Shown here: piece after piece, positions 27,001 to 41,059 of the stretch
Layout: the number at the start of each line of letters is the position of its first letter
Position numbering within the stretch: position 1 is the first letter of the stretch
Notes under the pieces: generated by a model
The model's database searches: none
Seen by the model: the letters and a program-made list of their open reading frames with translations, nothing else
Told to the model about the DNA's origin: nothing
Made by a program: the position numbers and the translations under genes
From: Octopus vulgaris
Lineage: Eukaryota
NCBI GenBank assembly: GCA_951406725.2
Contig: OX597817.1
Location: 120,590,001-120,654,000 of the forward strand
Direction of reading: 5' to 3'
Length of the DNA stretch: 64,000 nt

Positions 27001-27704
27001 TAATTTTAGGATTGCCTTTCTCTGTGCTATGGAACTGTTATAGACCTGAACACATCTACCCATTAAGAAGGATATTTTACTACCTGGTCGTAGATTGTGA
27101 GTTTGAAATAGATCCACAGTGCAAGTTCTTGTGCTAATCTTTGTAGCCAAACGACATATATAACATTTCAGGGAAATAAAATCACCTGAACGTTCTGAGT
27201 TCAATTATTACTGAAGGTGACATTTCAAAAAACAGAAAAAAAATTAACAGGAGTACACTCAGAAGTCATTGGTCTTTTTGACCAAGCAATATACACAACA
27301 GGTCAAAGAAATAAGATCACTTGAATGTTCCAAGTTCAATTCCTGCTAAAGGCAGCATTTGAGAAATAGCAGGAGTCCACATAGGAGTTGTAACCTAAGT
27401 AGGCCCAGTTCACTTAGAGTGTCAGTAACTAACAGAACAAAAGTTTGGATGGGTATTCTTTGATGATTTCTCCCACTGTCCACTCATCTCGCAGTGAGTG
27501 TCCATTTACCTACTGAGTACAAAATTGTTTACAAGAATTTCAATGTTTCTTCATAAAACGCATAATTCTATATTGCTTTAATATATCTGGCTGTTGGCTG
27601 CAGATAATAGATGTTAAATATATTAAGACTAGCATTCTATCCAGGTGAAAGTTTATCTCTCATCTTCTTCAAGTAATAAGTTGGATTGTTTTTGAAATAC
27701 AAAA

Positions 27705-28050
27705 AGTGCAGTCATGGTTGTGTGATTAAGAAGCTCACTTTGCAACCCCATGGTTTTTAGTTCAATCCCACTGTGCAGCACTTTGAGCAAGGTATCTTCT
27801 AGTATAACCCTGAACCAACCAATGCTATGTAAGGGAATTTAGTAAATGAAAACTATGTAGAGGCCTGTGTATGTGTGTTTTTGTGCCTCCTCCCCCTTCT
27901 CCTCCTCCTTTTCCTCCTGCTCCCCCTCCTCCATCACCACCTCCACCACCACCACCACCACCACCACCACTGCCAAATGACTGGTGTTGGTTTGTTTACA
28001 TCCCCATAACTTAGTGGTTCAGCAACAGAGGCTACAGACCAATGACAAAA
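27705..28050 (+). mobile_element. Diverged SINE family A with internal (CCT)n/(CCA)n tract
   Basis: Head CATGGTTGTGTGATTAAGAAGC...GTTCAATCCCACTG and 3' half TGGTGTTGGTTTGTTTACATCCCC. Confidence 0.7.
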
Positions 28051-28984
28051 CTAAGTTAAAAAAAAAAAAAGAAAAACGGTAAAAGCATATAGTAGTGTAT
28101 ATGATTCTAGTGTAGGAATGAATGCTATTTAAAAGTCCTGCCATTACATTTCAGCAGCTACGAAATAATATGCTTTACCTGTGTATTACAATTATAATGT
28201 TTATTTGATTTATCTATTATCACATATAGTGAACTTTAACATAATTAATCACAATTTTCCAATAGATGAATCACTAGTTCACTGTATTTGGCATTTCTAA
28301 TGTTAAGAGTTGCAAGAAAGGAAGTGTCCTTGTAACTGTGGCAGAACAAATATCATACAAAGTATTTTAATTTAAAAGAACCGTTTTTATTTTTGTTTTA
28401 GTCATTTCTTTTTATTTCCCTGAAATACATTAGAGAACGAAAGGTACATTCACACACATACATAGACGCACACATTTGTGGTATGTGTAGCATAGAAGAA
28501 TCTGATATTCAAGAACTGCTGAGGAATTTCAACCGTGTTTCATGGTCTGCTACCACAACAGCTCCTTTATAGGATCCAGTTAGCTCAAGACATCATCAGG
28601 AGGAACCACATCCAGTTCTGGCCCCTACTCCTCTACCGTTTTGACGTGGCAGGCCCCCCACCTTTTGGAGTTGTCTTCAGCTCTGGTGTTGGGTGCATGT
28701 CTTCTTTCTTCTTCTTTCTTCTGTTCCCTGGCCTCTTTGATGTAGTGTCAATGAGTGTCAGCAGGCGACTGACTGACTTGTCAAATTTTTCCCTTTAAAT
28801 ACCTGCTGCTAGGCTCCAGCAGGCAGCCCCAGCAAGTTGTTATGTGACACTGTCTCAACTTTAACTGATCAATGAAGGCGCATAGTCTTAGGCCACACAT
28901 TCTCTAAATGACCGTCACCTGTCAGTCAGCGAAGCTAATTCATCGTCAGCTTGTCTCACCTAGTGTTGTTATTTTCTACCGGCA

Positions 28985-29150
28985 TGTTATGACTTTCAAG
29001 CCATCTTTGGTTTTCCCGCTTCAGCCATATATAGAAGCTGGCTTTTTCGACTGCCTCCTGTAACTCTCCTTATTAGTTTTCTCAGCTCTGAGCTAGAAAA
29101 AACAAATCTTCTTTTGAATAGCGTTGTCATATTTTTAAAAATGCCTAGGT
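28985..29150 (-). pseudogene. C-terminal relic of an RLE-type (HERO/NeSL-like) non-LTR retrotransposon ORF
   Basis: Minus strand reads SSELRKLIR/ELQEAVEKASFYIWLKRENQRW, resembling the EAAEKASxWxWLKR end of HERO-clade restriction-like endonuclease domains. Confidence 0.6.
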
Positions 29151-32100
29151 GATGGGACAGTCCCATCCACCCCATATTCTACTTTATCCAAGATATCGTA
29201 ATAGACACTTGCTCAAGATGCTGTACAGTAGGATTGATCCAGGAACTATATATTTATTAAGTGAACTTCTTAATCATGCAGCCATTTTATGTAGAGTTTC
29301 TGACAAGGATTCACACTGTGAAAGTGAATTAAGAGACTGGCATGTCACTATGCTAGTAGGTTAATAAGGATGGTAATAATGATAATAATAATAATAATAA
29401 TAATAAAAATAATAATAATGGTATCCACTTTTTTAATGATTTAGAAATATAAATGGCCACAATGATTGTTTACGACATGGTGCTTCTCACTTCAGTCTGT
29501 GCTTGCATAACTGCATACAAATATGTGTGCACATGTGCTTTGGGAGTCTTTTATGGTATTTATGAAATATGCATTAAAAAGAGCAAATCAATAAATGTTC
29601 AAGTTTTATAGAAAACCGTGTTGAGAGCTCAAACATTTAAGTTTGTGCAATGATCATCTATAGTTCTTCTTTCTGCATCAACATACACATCTGCAGGAAT
29701 TTTTAATTTTCATTGGAAATTGTATGTATATTATTGCCTTCACAAGCAGAACTCTCAATGAGAAAAAGAACATCTCTTCTGATTTCTACTCTTACTGGCA
29801 ATTTGTCCTGACAATTTCTCTGTGTATAAGCAGAAGGAGGTCATGTAAATACATACCACCCATTGTCTTCACAACTAAGTACTGAAAATAAACTGCTATT
29901 GTCTTTTGAATGGAAATAAAATATACAATTGATTCCATAACCCATGTGCTCAATTCTAAGAGAACATGCTTGAAATGCTAATATTATTCATTGGAAATGT
30001 TTTATACTTGAAGACATTTCTTCTTAGACTGACAAAACAGTCAATAAAAATTGACTCAATATCACATTCAAATTTCAAATAAGGTGATGCTATCAGATAT
30101 TTCTGTTAATGGATCTAACCGACCAAGAAACCAACTATATTATCAATGATGTGGAAGGGAAATATTTACGTGCATATAATTTCAATCTAAAGTTATTGCT
30201 AGCCAACAAAGCAAGAACTTTAATTTAAACTATAACAAATGAAATACAAAGAAGCAAAACTACAGAAACTTATTTAGACAAAGAAAGGAATGTTTCACTG
30301 AATGTTACATGAAATATTGCTTTTGAAGACATAAAACCATTTCACTATTGCATTCTAAGAAAGAGAAAAATAGGAATGAAGAATTGTAATAAACTCATGG
30401 AAAAGTTAATTCTTTCTTCTATTCTTATTCCTTAAACAGCTTAAGAGGCAGTAGGATATCTTTGATACGACATCTCTGAAGGTCTTTTATTTCCTAGCCA
30501 AGCCAAATTCACTTCAGGTTGTGTCCTCTCTTACTTTGAAAGGATTTTCAACTTGGAAATGTCAGCCATCTAACTGCCTGTCAATTAATTGTCCAGTTGG
30601 TTAGGTGCATTTTGATTAAGAACCAAAGCTGAACTTAGATGAGACTTCAATAATATCTGCTTGAATTGAGACTCTAAAATGAGTTACAGGTGATGGAACT
30701 GAAAGAAAAATAATAAAATAATCGATACAGTGATCCTTACACGCCATCTGGGAACTAAAATAAAATAGGTAGTGAACTGTGACCAAAACCATGCAGAAAG
30801 GAAGAACCAAAACAGAGACATGTGTAAGAAGTTAGCAAAAAAAAAAAAAGAAAGAAAAAAAGAGAAATCTTCCCAATTATATTGAGTGGAATATAAAGTG
30901 AGCCAGAATATGAAATATATTGTGTCACATGTCCAGAGTTTTCTCTTATACCTGCTGAAATAATTAAAATGGTATTAGTCATTGATTTTTCTGCAAGTTT
31001 GATTATTTCTAGTTAGCATTTTTAATGTTTCTTGCATTAAATATTTTAACCTCCTTACATAACCAGAATATGAAATAGCTTGGTGAATATTTATCCTCAC
31101 CATTTTATGTCTGTTTTTGTATACATATATAACTAATGTGTTCTAAACTCTGTCAGCCGAAAAAAAAAATTTTTATGAGTATAAAAAATACAGAACAAAA
31201 TTTAAAATAGCTGCTTATGATTTAATCCATCCTGGATGATAAAATGAATATCAGCCAAATGCTAAGATTAAAGAGTTTTATGTTCATAAATCACTAATAA
31301 TGGTATGATTATACCTATCTTTGTACTATGAATATACTTCATCAGAACTACTCAATAGCAACTATCATACAGTGCTGAAATTAGACTGTCTATCCTGTAG
31401 CTTCCCAAATCTAGAAGAAAATGTTTAATTTTATGTTGGGTTTCATCAATAATGCATACACATACAACACTTTGCTTTATTTTCATCAATGAAAAAAAAA
31501 ATTTTTTTTCTGGAGACATTCATGTCATTAATAGTTAAATACTAATGGCTGTGTCTTTGAGAAGAGAACTATTAGAGCCAAGATAAATTCATCTGTAAAA
31601 CACATAAAATGATTGGCCTAAAGAAATCTATTTGCCATTAAAAGTACTTTTTTTTTTCAACATACATGTTTCTATGCAAATATATGCTGAAGAAAGAATA
31701 TTTGTAGAGCTATTTCTAAATTAGTTGAGTGAAAACAAAAAGTACCAAAGTTTCTAAAACTTTCTTCATTTTTTTATTATTATTATTATTATGGCCTAAC
31801 ATAAAAATCTGCTCAGGAATGTTTTTCCATTCAAAGATCTCTAAATAACAGTAATAAGAAACTGAGAATTTGTAGTGTTTAACAATCATTTTCTCATTTC
31901 CATCAGTTTAACAACATAGTAAAATGTTAAAGTTGGAATTCATTACTAAAATTAGGTGTTACTTGATAATCAGGCAAATGCATTTCAGTTAGGATGTTAG
32001 TTATAAATTAAATGAATACATATATATCTGTACTTGAAAATCTGAAATTTCTTCACACCAATTTCAATCCTTATAAAAGTGATACATTTATCAGAGCAAT

Positions 32101-32520
32101 TTGTAAGAGACTGAAATAGTAGTATTGCTACAACAGAACATCAAAGTTGATTGAACATTCTAATTACACTCTGACAAGAACATTATAATTACCATGATAT
32201 AAAAAGATAATAAGAAATAGCAGTCAGAATTTGATTGAAATTCAGATATCTGCTCAAATGCAAACACATCAAATTCGCAATTTCCAGATGGAGATTGAAA
32301 GAAAATGCAATGAATCCCGATGCAGGTATAGCTATGTGGTTAAGAAGGTTAATAAGTTAACTTTGTGGCCATGTAATTCTTATAGAGCAGAAATTTGGAG
32401 AAGTATGTGTTATCATCTAGCAGAGCCTCATCTTTTGAATGAGATTTGGTTGATGGAAACAACACGGAAGCCCACTGTATGTACATATTGTATGTATATA
32501 AATAAATATATATATATTAT

Positions 32521-32687
32521 GGAGATGTACTTGCATGGAACAAAAACAATTGCAGCATGGAAGGCGTTTTTAAGCCATTTAAGAAACACAAAAACTGTTA
32601 GCTTCACTTCAACATTTAAATTTAATTTGCCAAAATATTTTCATTCCTTTGAGACTGACCTGTTCACTGACAAAATTCCGGGCTGCA
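32521..32687 (-). mobile_element. Second, decayed copy of the hammerhead-carrying repeat
   Basis: Aligns to 19003-19203 with a ~29-nt deletion. It keeps GTGAACAG and GAAAATATTTT, but stem II is disrupted. Confidence 0.75.
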
Positions 32688-32723
32688 TATATCATATATA
32701 TATATATATATATAGCATCAATG

Positions 32724-32807
<84 letters not shown>

Positions 32808-33236
32808 AGAGAAAGAAAGAGAGTGAGTGGATTTGGTTGATGGAAACTGAAAGATGCCCTTCATATATATGTGTGTGTGTGTGGTTGGCGTTAGGAAGGG
32901 CATCCAGCTGTAGAAACATTGCCAGATCAGACTGGTGCCTGTTGCAGCTGCTAGCTTTCCAGACCTCAGTCAAACCGTCCAACCCATGTCAGCATGGAAA
33001 ATGGGCGTTAAACAATGATGATGATATATATATATATAGACCCCCTTTAGATTGTACCCAGAAAATTGCCCTCTAATGCAAGGTTGTTTGTGGAAAACCA
33101 GGAGTTGGCCATGCATACCAGCCTCCTCACTCTGTAGCAACATGAAATATAGTGTCTAGCTCAAAAATACAACTCACTACCTCATGATTGTAAGCTTGAT
33201 GCTTTAATCACTGAGCCATGAACCTTCACGTTTGTG

Positions 33237-33293
<57 letters not shown>

Positions 33294-33371
33294 ATATCGT
33301 TCAGTTTTCATCAACTATACATCCAATATATAAGACAGCTTATATATAATGGTCGTTACATATTTTTTTTG

Positions 33372-33625
33372 GCTATTAACGGCAGAGTTGGCAGTGACCA
33401 ATATTCGTGGAATGGTATTCTTGGCATTGGAAATACAATGCCAATCACCAGCTCTTCCTAGGCCTTTGCACCGAACATGAACTCATCATCAGCAGCTTCC
33501 TATTTCGTCTCTCTACCCAACAAAACACAATGTGGAAACACCCACGGTCTAAACACTAGCACATCCTCAACTACATTCTGACAAGATCCAGGGACAGACG
33601 AGATGTACACATCACCCACTCCATG
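33372..33625 (+). pseudogene. RTE (BovB-like) LINE AP-endonuclease fragment
   Basis: NGRVGSDQYSWNGILG...LCTEHELII...MWKHPRSKH*HILNYILTRSRDRRDVHITHSM matches the RTE endonuclease signature TWMHPRSKHWHLIDY. Confidence 0.85.
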
Positions 33626-33944
33626 TTTCCTTATTTCTCGCCTTGACCCCAAGGTCCGCTGCTCACTAGAGTGGGTCTCAGTAAACATCCCTTGCTGACA
33701 CTTCGACTGTCTGGCCCTTGTGCCTGTGGCACGTAAAAGCACCCACTACACTCTTGGAGTGGTTGGCATTAGGAAGGGCTTCCAGCTGTAGAAACTCTGC
33801 CAGATCAGATTGGAGTCTGGTGCTGCCATCTGATTCACCAGACCTCAGTCAAATTGTCCAACCCATGCTAGCATGGAAAACGGATGATAAACGATGATGA
33901 TGATGGCGATGATGTGTGTGTGCGTATATATATATATAAATGAA

Positions 33945-34190
33945 ATAATGAAATTATTGAGTATAGTGCTAAGATGCACAACAACTCATCAAAGGTGCAT
34001 GTACAATCCATAAAATTATGTACCAAAATCAGGAAAGTGAACAGCATATGAGTCATGATATACATGTGTGCATGTGTATGGAGTGGGCTATATCAGGTAT
34101 AGTGTTGACGAATTTCAAGAAGCATGGAGGTTTTGAAGGATGCAATGTCTTGGAAACTAACAACTAATGCAGGTAGCTTGTCCTATGCTT
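33945..34190 (-). mobile_element. CR1/L2-like LINE 3' end
   Basis: Minus strand reads KLPALVVSFQDIASFKTSMLLEIRQHYT*, plus a 3' UTR homologous to 19736-19906. Confidence 0.7.
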
Positions 34191-35418
34191 ATACACCTAC
34201 ATGCACTCACACATGCACATCTAAATATGTCTGTGCAAGTGTGCATGATTTATCTGTTTTATTTAACGCATAATTAAATTTAAAATGAGAAAAATATTAA
34301 TTTGTTTGTTTATTCACTTGGTTTGAGAAATAATAATATTTGTACATACAATTTTACCTGAGATATAGCCTTTAGCTATGCCATGTAGCTTTGCTATGTA
34401 GGTCTCTGTAAAATACATTCTGCATATATCACAGAGTGCAAGTGTTAACACTAATTTAATGATCTTCAAATAGAAATTTCCTGAAGTTGTCCAATATTAC
34501 TGAAATAAAACAAAATTATAGAACAGATAATAACTGATATTCTGTGTATCAAATTTTCCTCTGAAGATTTGTTTCTTTAGTCAAAAAAAAATGTGTTTCT
34601 GGTTTATATATATATATATATATATACATATATATAAATATACATATATATATATACCTATATATACATACACACACACACAAATAGATAGATGTATATG
34701 TATAGATAAATAGTTGTGTGTGTGTGAAAATATAGATTTATTGTATATATAGCTGTGTGTGTGTTTATATATATATACATGCATATATGCATATATGCAT
34801 ACAAACACACACACATACACACACACACATATATATGTATATATATGTATATATATATATATATATATCGAGAGAGAGAGAGAGAGAGAAAATGTATGTA
34901 TAATATATAATAGTTCAAAATATAGTCCATTTTGTATGGAGTTTTTTTTTTCTTGTTACTTATGTTGTTGCTGATGTTGGTGAAGATAGTGACTTCGGTG
35001 ACAGCTCTGTGAGTTTGTATAATGTTTTATTTGCCATTTTAAATTATGGATCTATTACTTGAATCAAGTTGAAATATCATCCCTCTTGATAATCAAATTG
35101 TCTATAGGGCTTAAAAAAAAGCCCCGAACTCGTGCAATTTGCTGAGTATATTTATTTCAAAGCTATTTTGGATGCAGTTATTTTACCTAATTCAGTTTTT
35201 GGTATTTGTAACTTTTGAAAAAAAAAAAAAAGTATCTTATTTTCATAAATTTGTTAGGCTTTCTTTTTTATGCCTTAGGAATTTGTTGTGATGGTTTTGC
35301 AGCTTTAGAGCTTCCTTTTCACATAAAACCCATTATGGCATGGATGCCAAACATGATCATGATGATATCAGTAATACACATGTATAAATATGATTATATA
35401 TGTATAGGATGTTGTTAT

Positions 35419-35464
<46 letters not shown>

Positions 35465-36008
35465 CTCTCTTTATCTCTGTCAATTGAAAAGTGTTTCAGG
35501 ATTATATTTATTACAGTTTTGAATGATATTTGAGAGTATGTTATCTCAGTTTTTATAAAATGATGATATTCAACGTGATAAAAAGAAAGACAATTCAATT
35601 TTTTGAAATTTAAGATGGTCTGAGATTTGGTAATGGATTTGGCACTTCGACAATACAAGCAAGTTTTTGGTTCATCATTTTCTCTGAATCTTTTCTTCCA
35701 TGGCAGTGCTTCAGTATAATGCCTGGTATAATGCAGTGTTTTCAGTATAACGATTAAAATAAAATTCTAGGAAGTTATATAATGTCATTTAAATAAATGC
35801 AGCAAATAGGTTTTATAAATCAGGACTGGAATATAGGCCATAACACTGCACTATTCATGTTGATTGCATTATCTCATCTCATGCTTATGCTCACTTTGTT
35901 CATTTTGTATTTTAAGAGAATAAATACCAAAAAAAAACACCAGATATTATTGATATAATTTATCAAGCATGATTAGATATATACATATTCACACTCAAAA
36001 CATACTCA

Positions 36009-36050
<42 letters not shown>

Positions 36051-36230
36051 TCTGCATGGGTAAAATAATAGTAAGTGCATGGCATTACATTAAATAATGT
36101 CCAAAATATTCAACAGAAATGCAACAAATGGAAAATTCACATACAAGATGTGGCTAATTTCTCATCAGTCCTTATCAAAAAGATCCTACCAAATGTTTGT
36201 TCACTATGCCCCGTGGCTTTTCACTGCTAG

Positions 36231-36304
36231 GGCTACCAAAAGTGAACAATATCATCGTTAACGGTGCAACATTTTGTGATGGACTAAATCTACCAACATT
36301 ATAA
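36231..36304 (+). CDS. Candidate alternative last exon B (phase 1): (G)LPKVNNIIVNGATFCDGLNLPTL*
   Basis: CTTTTCACTGCTAG acceptor; the phase-1 frame is open for 24 codons while the other two close early. CpGs retained; no repeat recognised. Confidence 0.35.
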
Positions 36305-36559
36305 TGGATCACTGAGCCCCTACAAATAGCTGTTGGACTTATAATATCTTTCTTCCTCTCCTTTAATTGTCTCTATCGTTTGTACTCCATGTAAGTTGGA
36401 CCTATTTACATAAGTATCTATATATCTATTCATCATCTGAAAGTTTCCACCTTTTGCCTTCTCTTGTTTTGCATGTATACATATATATATATTTTGTATT
36501 TGATGTATTGGATATATTTAATACATTTGATGTCTCCAATTTGCTTAACCCCATAACTC

Positions 36560-36611
<52 letters not shown>

Positions 36612-37177
36612 TTTCCTATCAACAATCATATGAAATAAAATTATCATAAAAACGCAAAAGTCACTGTTTAACACATTCAGGACCTTCAATCATGGTATAT
36701 GGACCTTCTTAAATACATTATGTATAGTATCTATACTGAGTCTGAAGGTTTTGAAGAAATTGTCTCTCTCAAAACCTTAATAACCTGCTTAATTAATTGT
36801 TTATGAATCCCAATGAGTTTATTGTACTATCAGAAGATAGTGATATAAAAGAATCTAGAAAATACTGATCAAACTATTTCTTAACTATTTTTCTATATAG
36901 AAAGTTGTGTTGACTGATCAAATAAATGAGCTTGCTCATGCTTGTTAAGGAGTTTCAGTAAGACTGAAACATGCCTGTAGCTGTCACCTTATCTACTAAC
37001 AATGATAAAATTTTCTCTTAGAATTCTAATACTTAATTTCTTGCTGTTATCTCTCATTTCCTTTGACACTTGCAAACAATTGCTGTTTGTTACATATTTT
37101 CTTTGTTAAACTAAGATGAAGATTTCAATTTATTGAGAATTTTTTTACATATATCATTCATCTGATTTATGCAAAAA

Positions 37178-37397
37178 TAATTCTTTCTAATTGTGGCACA
37201 AGGTCTGAAATTTTGAGGGGAGAGGGCAATTGATGACATCGACACTAGCATTGAACTAATACTTAATTTATTGTTCCTGAAAGGATGAAAGGCAAAGTCA
37301 ACCTCACCAGAATTTGAACTCAAAACGTAATGGTGCAGAAGAAATGTTATGAAACATTCTGTCTGGCACTATAACAATTCTGCTAGCTTGCCACTTT
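37178..37397 (-). mobile_element. tRNA-derived SINE (family D)
   Basis: Same motifs as 23790-23962. Diverged + strand copies follow at about 37955-38345. Confidence 0.8.
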
Positions 37398-38904
37398 GAC
37401 GTATATAAAAATAATGGCTTTGACTGAGAACAAGTAAAATATTAGTCTTTGTTAAAAGTAAAACCATAATTATTGCAGTACTACAATGATTATCATCAAA
37501 TCATCTTCACATTTTTTAGGTCTTAATGTGCTATATTATGTAAATGAATATTTGGTCAGTCTTTCATCATATCAGTGCTATATGATACCGTTGACTGACA
37601 TGAGGCTGTTGGAATACACTAACACAATTAGGATATATCTGTTTTTGTTGTTTAATATGTATTGTATCTATCAGCCCTGATCAAATTATTCTTTGATGGA
37701 AAACGTTCAAGGCATAACCATTTCATCATTTCAAACATGAAATACCAAGAATTACATTATTGAATTTTTTTTTCAGACAGAATGTGAATTGAAGGAGATT
37801 TGGCTGCTGTTTCTAGCATGGTATGCAAGCATATAGAAACTCCCAAGTTGATGACTTGTTATGATATATATATATTATAAGCAGCTAGTGAAGGACATAT
37901 GCAGAACATAAGCAGCATGCATATTATCACATTTATTATTTATATGGCTATGAATTGGAAAATTCTGTAGAGTGATCAATGAAAATACCTTGTGGTATTT
38001 AGTTATGCCTCTTTACATTCCTATTTTCCCAAGGTTAACTTTGCCTTTCATCCTACTTTGGTCGATAAAATAAGTACTACTGAAGCACAAAATGGGGGAG
38101 TAATATTATTGATTATCTTTCTCCAGCCCAAATGTGAGGTTTTTGTTTTGTGCCTGTTAGAAATCATTATTTATTTATATATATATGTATATATTCATGT
38201 CCCTTTATTCTCTTAGTTCAAACCCTGTTGAGGTCGATTTTACCTTTCATCTCATCAGGATCATTAGAATAAATGCAAGTCAAGTACCGGGGTCAGTCTT
38301 AATCGATTATAACCTCCCTCAAAATATGAGGCACTCCTTCTATAAATCATTCTTCATACATGAATGTATATTTGTTCCTGCACATGTGTGTGTATGTGTG
38401 TTCATTCTTTATATCTGAATGTGTGTTTGTATATGCATATATCTATATGCATTAACTAAATGCAACTGTAATCGTTATTTTTAAAAAAGTTCATCTATTA
38501 AGCTCTTACTGATACACACACACACACACACGCACGCACATACATACATTTATGAATGTAGTCATACACACAGACACATAGAATAATAATCATTGAAATT
38601 ATTTTTTTTCTTTGTGTATGTGAATTAGAAAATGACATTTTCTTCACTTTAAGGAAATGATATCACATATATTTACATAGAATTTTAAAAATATGCATAC
38701 TTGTGGTCTTATATTAGTATTTGAGAAAACATATATAACACATTTGTGCAAGCATGCACACACAGTGCGTTAAATCTTTAAGATATCACATGAAATATGA
38801 TCCATATATATTTTGGAAAGATTTCAAAATCAACATAATACGAAAAATTTTTCCCATCATATGTAAAAAAATCATTGCTGGATGAAATTTAAAATAATGT
38901 ATCA

Positions 38905-38963
<59 letters not shown>

Positions 38964-39000
38964 ACACACTTTCTCTCTTTCTCTCTCTCTCTCTCTCATG
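38905..39000. repeat. (CA)n(CT)n microsatellite
   Basis: Seen directly. Confidence 0.95.
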
Positions 39001-40010
39001 TACACACACATACACGTGCATACACTAATTTCTGAACCACTACAATCTATATTTCTGTTAAGTAGTTTCTAAGTTAAGTGATATTATTGGTATAGAATTT
39101 CATCATTTAAAATTGGAATCAGGAATAACAAAATTTCAAAAATAAATTCTGCAATATATTTTTAGTATTAAGTGTATTTCTCCTTGTAAATTGGTAGGTG
39201 GATTCAGCTGTTTGAGTCATGAGGATTTTGCCTAACAAGCAAGGAGTTGTAAAACCATGAGCCATTATTGATATTTGCAGTGTCTCAAGAAATTACATGA
39301 AATTCTCAGTAATATAACCCTCCTGGGTATGAAGGTACATTAAGGGGAAATCAGAATTATTGTTGCTAGTAGAACAATATAATTGTTTTATCGTGTTGCA
39401 GGCAAAACATTTCTATATACAGTTGTCTTTCTCCAGAGAGTGATATATCCCTGATCTGTTGATTGCAAACAACCAAATCCAGCAGAAATAATATGATAAT
39501 TCTATATTATGAAGGATGTGAAACCTTGATAGTCAAGTACACCTGATATTTAATGTAAAATTCATAGGTCTTGTATTCAAATCCATTACAGAAAGTTTTA
39601 TTCGTTTAATGATTTTAACTAATCTTTTCATATTATCATGGGTGCCAGCACTGGTAGTGAACTAGTTTTTTACAGTTGGATGTCCTCTGTATTTTGTTGT
39701 ATTTAGCCTTTTCTCACAGCATAAATGACTGTACAGAAGATTTCTCATTGACTCATACCAATACATATCTATATTTCTGAGATAATTGATGTTAAACTAG
39801 TTTTGAGGTTTCTAGACCATAAGAATTTATATGAAATTGCTGTTGATATTGTTCGGTTAAAAACTATTCTCCATTGACCTGAACTGTATTGGAAGACATT
39901 CTTGCTGTGACCTGTTTTGTTTGTTTCTTTCATACACACTGTCCAATATGTTCTTATTCTTTTTGAGGAATTAGGGTATGATGAGAAGAAGATCTGAGAG
40001 CTATTTGTAG

Positions 40011-40078
40011 GAAATCCAGTTATCCCTGTTGTATATGGTAGCACCCCTGTGAAATCGAAGAATGATTCATCTGTTTAA
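40011..40078 (+). CDS. Candidate alternative last exon D (phase 1): (G)NPVIPVVYGSTPVKSKNDSSV*
   Basis: TTTGTAG acceptor with a weak pyrimidine tract. The frame ends in a class I PDZ-ligand-like S-x-V. Confidence 0.22.
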
Positions 40079-40597
40079 CAATGTTGAATTCAATTCCCTT
40101 CACTGCAACAATTCAATGTTTCATCCAAGGGGATATTTATCTCTCATCCACTTAATAAAATAGAAACTGACAATATATCTTTAAGGTACAGAAATAGATT
40201 ACTAAAGTCACACACTTAAAGGTTAAAACACCATTTTTGTATCTCTAATTGTCAAAACATTCCATAATTGCTGCTTACCAAAGAGTATAGCGAATGCTGC
40301 TAAATTGTTGCTAAGAGTTAACATATTTTAAAACTGATTCCTTTTATTCTTTGAGATGAGCTCATGTGAATAAATTAAAAAATGAAAAAGTGATATGTCA
40401 AAAAGGTGTTATCTCAAGTATTTTCATTCTGTGTGTGATCTAAATATTATTAACCAGAAGTAAATAGTGCTGATCTCTGTGTCATGTGCTGTGAATATGC
40501 TGTCATTCAATGGCTTAAAGCTATATTTATATATACATATATAAATATGAAAATTCATTGGGTAATATTTTCTATATCCACTCTAATTTTACATATA

Positions 40598-40810
40598 CAA
40601 TATAAAACTGACAAAAACAGTTCCTCTGGAGACTTTATCGCTTCTACATCACACATCAACAATCTCTTCTTTTTGAAAATTTCAGTAAAAGCAAAGTTAT
40701 TGCTTGCCCTTCACATCTGACATATTAGGAAAGCTTTTAAAATTATTTGGTACGAGAACCTTCTGGCGAAGCTGCCTATCTATGGATTCTACACATAACA
40801 CTGATCAGAA
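40598..40810 (+). pseudogene. CR1/Jockey-like LINE reverse-transcriptase fragment
   Basis: QYKTDKNSSSGD...AL / RKAFKIIWYENLLAKLPIYGF matches the QYGFRxxRSTxD and DxSKAFDxVWHxxLLxKLxxYG RT motifs. Confidence 0.7.
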
Positions 40811-41059
40811 CTTTATCTATTATTAACAGTATTGAATTTTGTTTGGGAACAAAGAGGAAGTAGAGGAGCTATACAGTTAATTGACATCCATTCCCCAACA
40901 CTTAACTTGTACTTATTTTGTCTTTCCTAGAAAGAGTCAGAGCAAAGTCTAGCTAAAAAGGATTTAAACTGAGACTAGAAAGGATCCAATCTAAAAGATG
41001 AGAGGGATATTGCGATTTCTCTATCATGTCTGCCATTCGCTTAACTGGATGTAAGGTTT

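Noticed and set aside
26788-27204. 138-aa minus-strand ORF
   Set aside because: It has no recognisable motif and lies antisense to the decayed RT relic.
28486-28849. Possible solo LTR (TG...CA with a TATA-like motif)
   Set aside because: No matching target-site duplication and no second copy.
32231-33076. Longest ORF in the track (281 aa)
   Set aside because: It is a chance read-through across SINE fragments, the hammerhead repeat and (TA)/(GA) microsatellites, with no coherent protein.
36940-36985. Hammerhead-like TTAAGGA...GAAACATGCCTGTA
   Set aside because: The core has two mismatches and there is no convincing stem I.
39437-39462. Strong acceptor followed by (E)SDISLIC*, which would create RRES
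   Set aside because: Too short to distinguish from chance.
40729-40826. Phase-1 candidate last exon GKLLKLFGTRTFWRSC...
   Set aside because: Another frame is clearly LINE RT sequence (KAF...LLAKLP.YGF). This shows how easily such candidates arise by chance.
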